A stretch of 64,000 nucleotides of DNA, taken from an uncultured Verrucomicrobiae bacterium (GTDB lineage: Bacteria; Verrucomicrobiota; Verrucomicrobiia; Chthoniobacterales; UBA10450). Under the pieces are notes generated by a model that saw nothing but the letters and a program-made list of their open reading frames with translations, ran no database searches and was not told the origin of the DNA. The stretch spans positions 96,001 through 160,000 of the forward strand of contig CAWFGO010000001.1 in the NCBI GenBank assembly GCA_963815455.1, read 5' to 3'. The number at the start of each line of letters is the position of its first letter. Position 1 is the stretch's first letter. The position numbers and the translations under genes are program-made. This document shows, piece by piece, positions 60,550 through 64,000 of this stretch.

Positions 60550-60577
60550 TTGACAGTGAGCGGTGTGCTTTTATACT
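60550..60577 (+). promoter_or_regulatory. Sigma70-like promoter for rplI-dnaB
   Basis: TTGACA-N16-TATACT. Confidence 0.6.
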
Positions 60578-60633
60578 CGTGACCCGCGCTTACCGATCAA
60601 AACTTTCTTGAGCGTGGTTTGGAGAAGATCGAC

Positions 60634-61181
60634 ATGCCTTTGACTGAACTTATTCTGACTGAAAACGTGCCCGGGCTGGGTGCTGAAGCCGACGCCGTAA
60701 AGGTGCGCCGCGGTTATGCCCGTAATTATTTACTGCCACAGGGCAAAGCATTCGAGGTTACCCCGGCGGCCATGCGCCAGCTCGATAATCTGAAGAAAAA
60801 ACGAGCCGAACGCGAAGCGCGCGAGCTAAACGAATCGGAAGAACTTGGCCCGGCGAATTGGCAAACTGCGAATCCCACCTTTACGCTGGCGACCGGCGAG
60901 ACTGGAAAAGCATTCGGATCGGTCACCGCGCAGGACATCGTCAACCGGCTCAAGAACGAAATCGGAGCCGAGATCGATCGCCACAAGGTCGTTTTGGAGC
61001 GACCGGTCAAAGATACCGGCGAACATGAAGTGCAAATCAAACTGCATCACGACGTAAGCGCGACTTTAGTTTTGTGGTGAAATCGACGGAAGAACCGAAG
61101 CCCGAGCAAACCGCGGCGGCAGAGCCCGAGAAAAAGCACCGCTCGTTTTTCCGCAGAAAAAAAGAAGAACCAGAAAAATAG
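60634..61181 (+). CDS. rplI: 50S ribosomal protein L9; local frameshifts near 60848-60880 and 61075
   Basis: VKVRRGYARNYLLPQG, GKAFGSVT..DI, IKLHHDV. Confidence 0.93.
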
Positions 61182-61184
61182 TTA

Positions 61185-62680
61185 ATGGCGACTCAACCGT
61201 CCTCTCCTTGGAGCGGTGGGAAGCCTCGTAAAGCAGCTGGGAATGGCGCTGGCCGAGGTTCGGCAGCGCGAAGCGGCGAAAATGTTATTCCCATTTCGCC
61301 AACAGGTTCTCGCAGGATATTCACCGCACTCCGCCGCACAGCGTGGAAGCCGAGCAAGGCGTGCTCGGATCGATGCTGATCTCGCCGCGTGAGGCGATCG
61401 GGGAATGCGTCGAAAAAATCAACGAGGAATATTTTTACATTCCCGCGCACCAGACCGTCTACGGCGTCCTGGTCGAGCTTTGGAACGCCGGACAGGCAAT
61501 CGATCTGATTACTTTCACGCAAATACTGCGTGACCGAAACCTGCTCGACGCCATCGGCGGGCCGGCATTTGTGACCAGCCTTTTCACCTTCGTCCCCACG
61601 GCCGCGAACGTCGAATACTACATCGACATCGTCCGCGATAAGTACATCCTGCGCCAAATCATCGCGACCTCTACGGAGAGCGTGCGACGCGCTTTCGAGG
61701 AGCAGGAAGACGTCAGCAATCTGCTCGATGAAGTAGAACAGCAGATTTTCGCCGTGGGCGAGGACCGGTTCAAAGGGCAGATGCTCTCGATGAAGGACCA
61801 GGTGATGGAAGCGATCGAGTCGATCGAGAAACTCTACGAGCGCAAGGGCGGGATCACGGGCATTTCGACCGGCTTCATCGAATTCGATCGAATGACCAGT
61901 GGATTGCATCCGGCGGAAATGATTGTGATCGCGGCGCGCCCAAGCATGGGAAAAACCGCGCTGGTGATGAACATCGCCGAGCACGTGGCTGTCCACGATC
62001 AGCTCCCGGTCGGCGTATTCAGCCTGGAAATGAGCAGCCAGCAGCTCGTGCAACGCCTTCTTTGCTCGCGTGCGCGGGTGAATCTGCAAAAAGTGCGCGA
62101 CGGATTTCTGGCCGAACGCGATTTCCCGAGCCTGACCGCCGCCGCGTCGAAATTGGCCGAAGCGAAGATTTTCATCGATGACAGCGCGGGCCTGAGCATT
62201 CTGGAACTGCGAGCGAAAGCGCGCCGGCTCAAAGCGCAACACGATGTGCAACTTTTGGTGATCGATTATCTGCAATTATTAAGATCGACATCGCGCCGGG
62301 CCCAGGACAATCGACAGCTGGAAATCTCGGAAATTTCCGCAGGACTAAAAGGATTGGCTAAGGAATTGAAAATCCCGGTGATCGTTGTGGCACAATTAAA
62401 TCGCCAACCGGAGCAGCGCACTGGAGGCAAGCCGCGTTTGAGCGATCTGCGTGAATCCGGCTCAATCGAGCAGGACGCCGATCTGGTTGGGTTGCTGGTG
62501 CGTCCGGAACTGTACGAGGAAGACGAAGAAGCCCGAGTCGAGAAATCCGGGGAAGCCGAGTTGATCATCGCCAAGCAGCGCAACGGTCCGGTCGGTGAAA
62601 TTCCGCTCACATTCCTAAAAGAATTCACGCGATTCGAAGATCGTGCCCGCAACGTGAGCGAGCCCGACGAAGCGTTATAA
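61185..62680 (+). CDS. dnaB: Replicative DNA helicase; frameshift near 61310
   Basis: PPHSVEAEQGVLG, AARPSMGKT, FSLEMS, IDYLQL, LSDLRESGSIEQDAD, KQRNGP. Confidence 0.97.
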
Positions 62681-62684
62681 GGCT

Positions 62685-62824
62685 CTGGGGAGCGCAGGCT
62701 GCCAGCCTGCGGGTTTCGGCAGCTTGCCGAAACCGGGCATCCACTCGTCCACCGAAAATACCATTGCAAAGATGTTGCCGGCGGGGCCGTCGGCAACTAC
62801 AGGCTGGCAGCCTGTGCTCCCCGG
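62685..62824. repeat. CTGGGGAGC multi-hairpin element between convergent dnaB and tkt
   Basis: CTGGGGAGCGCAGGCTGCCAGCCTG...CAGGCTGGCAGCCTGTGCTCCCC. Confidence 0.9.
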
Positions 62825-62825
62825 A

Positions 62826-64000
62826 TCAGAGACTTTTGGCTGCGTCGACAACGTGTTGGGCGTCGATGCCGAGCTCCTTCATCACTTGATCGCCCGGGGC
62901 GCTCATGCCGAAGCGGTGCAGACCGATCACTTTCCCATCGAGGCCGACATATTGATCCCAAATTTGAGTGACTCCTGCCTCGATCGCGACACGTTTCCGA
63001 CACGATTTCGGCAAAACCTCATCCCGATACTTTTCCGATTCACGAGCAAACCGTTCGAAGCAGGGCATCGAAACGACGCGGACGCCATCGCCGAGTTCCT
63101 TGGCCGCTGCCAGCGCGTGCTGCAACTCACTTCCGCACGACATGAGGATCAGCTCGAGTTTCCCTTTTTCCTTTCGGGCGATGTAACCGCCCCGGAACAC
63201 ACCCTCGCGCCGCAATTTAACATCGACATCGTTCAGCATCGGAACGGTCTGTCGCGTGAGCGCGAGAAAAGTCGGGCCATCCGTTCGCTGCATGGCGGCG
63301 GCGAACGCGCCGGCTGTCTCCTCCGGATCGGCCGGACGAATCACGTCGATCTGCGGCATCAGACGCACCGAACTCACGGTCTCGACCGGTTCATGGGTGG
63401 GGCCGTCTTCGCCGACGCCGATCGAGTCGTGCGTGAAAATGTAAATATTTGGCAACTTGGAAAGGGCGGCGAGTCGAATGGAGGCGCGGCAATAATCGGT
63501 GAAAACCAGAAAGGTGGCGCCCGACGCGCGAAAAAGTCCGTGGTAGGAAATTCCGTTCATGATTGCGCACATGCCGTGCTCGCGGATCCCGAAATGAATG
63601 TTGCGGCCGCCCGGGGTGTTTCGATTAAAATCCTCTCCGTCCTTGATGTAATTCAGGGTCGATCCGTGGAGATCGGCGCTACCGCTCATGAGCAATGGAA
63701 TCGCCTGGGCGATCGGTTGTAACGCTTCGCTGCCCGCCTTTCGGGTCGCCAGCTTGGCGTCTTTCGGAAACTCCGGAATCTTCGATAAAAGGTCGCCGGG
63801 AATTCTTCGCTCGATGCCGTCATCAAGCATTTTCGCCTTATCGGGATTTTTCTTCCGCCATTCGTTGTAGGTTTTCTCCCAGCGATCGTACTCGGCGACG
63901 AGTTTCTTTTTGTGCTCGGCAAAATAATCGTAGACGTCTTTCGAGACGAAATAATGTTCGTCGGGCAATCCGAGCGCCTTGCGTGCAGCATCGACATATT
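62826..64000 (-). CDS. tkt: Transketolase (5' part outside window)
   Basis: GSADL, FGIREHGM, THDSIGVGEDGPTHEP, RVVSMP, FGMSAPG. Confidence 0.96.
   Translation of the reverse strand, partial: YVDAARKALGLPDEHYFVSKDVYDYFAEHKKKLVAEYDRWEKTYNEWRKKNPDKAKMLDDGIERRIPGDLLSKIPEFPKDAKLATRKAGSEALQPIAQAIPLLMSGSADLHGSTLNYIKDGEDFNRNTPGGRNIHFGIREHGMCAIMNGISYHGLFRASGATFLVFTDYCRASIRLAALSKLPNIYIFTHDSIGVGEDGPTHEPVETVSSVRLMPQIDVIRPADPEETAGAFAAAMQRTDGPTFLALTRQTVPMLNDVDVKLRREGVFRGGYIARKEKGKLELILMSCGSELQHALAAAKELGDGVRVVSMPCFERFARESEKYRDEVLPKSCRKRVAIEAGVTQIWDQYVGLDGKVIGLHRFGMSAPGDQVMKELGIDAQHVVDAAKSL

Noticed and set aside
61193..62275. Long antisense ORFs (also 4178..5089, 20109..20939, 22507..23463, 62724..63722)
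   Set aside because: They are shadows of well-supported genes on the opposite strand, common in GC-rich DNA, with no recognisable motifs.

Overview
Bacterial chromosomal window, GC-rich and mostly housekeeping. Gene style (prepilin-type protein, PEP-CTERM protein, 'GPESYSGKEMKQVA' outer-membrane protein) suggests a soil Verrucomicrobiota of the Chthoniobacterales; this is inference. Genes: xseA, glgB, cysE-cysteine desulfurase-sprT, prfB (programmed +1 frameshift), ftsB-eno, a PEP-CTERM/phosphatase-TPR/sulfotransferase cluster, ABC genes, ispD, fabD, nuoD-EF-G-H-I-J-K-L-M-N, smc, a 2-oxoacid dehydrogenase E1a/E1b/E2, sufT, cfa, rplI, dnaB and tkt. About ten genes, several essential, carry small frameshifts that are most likely long-read errors. 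The unusual signals are at DNA level. (1) A non-palindromic 11-mer, AAGATCGACAA, occurs at least 15 times exactly plus about 20 near-copies, on both strands and in several reading frames, like a DNA-uptake sequence. (2) A GxxExxY nuclease gene is bounded by 28-bp terminal inverted repeats, and three short MITE-like relatives sit at nuo stop codons. (3) Three inserts are flanked by duplicated host-gene ends that differ almost only at synonymous sites. (4) Several REP-like palindrome families are inserted in frame inside conserved proteins. (5) A RAYT gene and a PaaX/Cas2-like gene are each bracketed by their own palindromes. All counts and alignments were done by eye.
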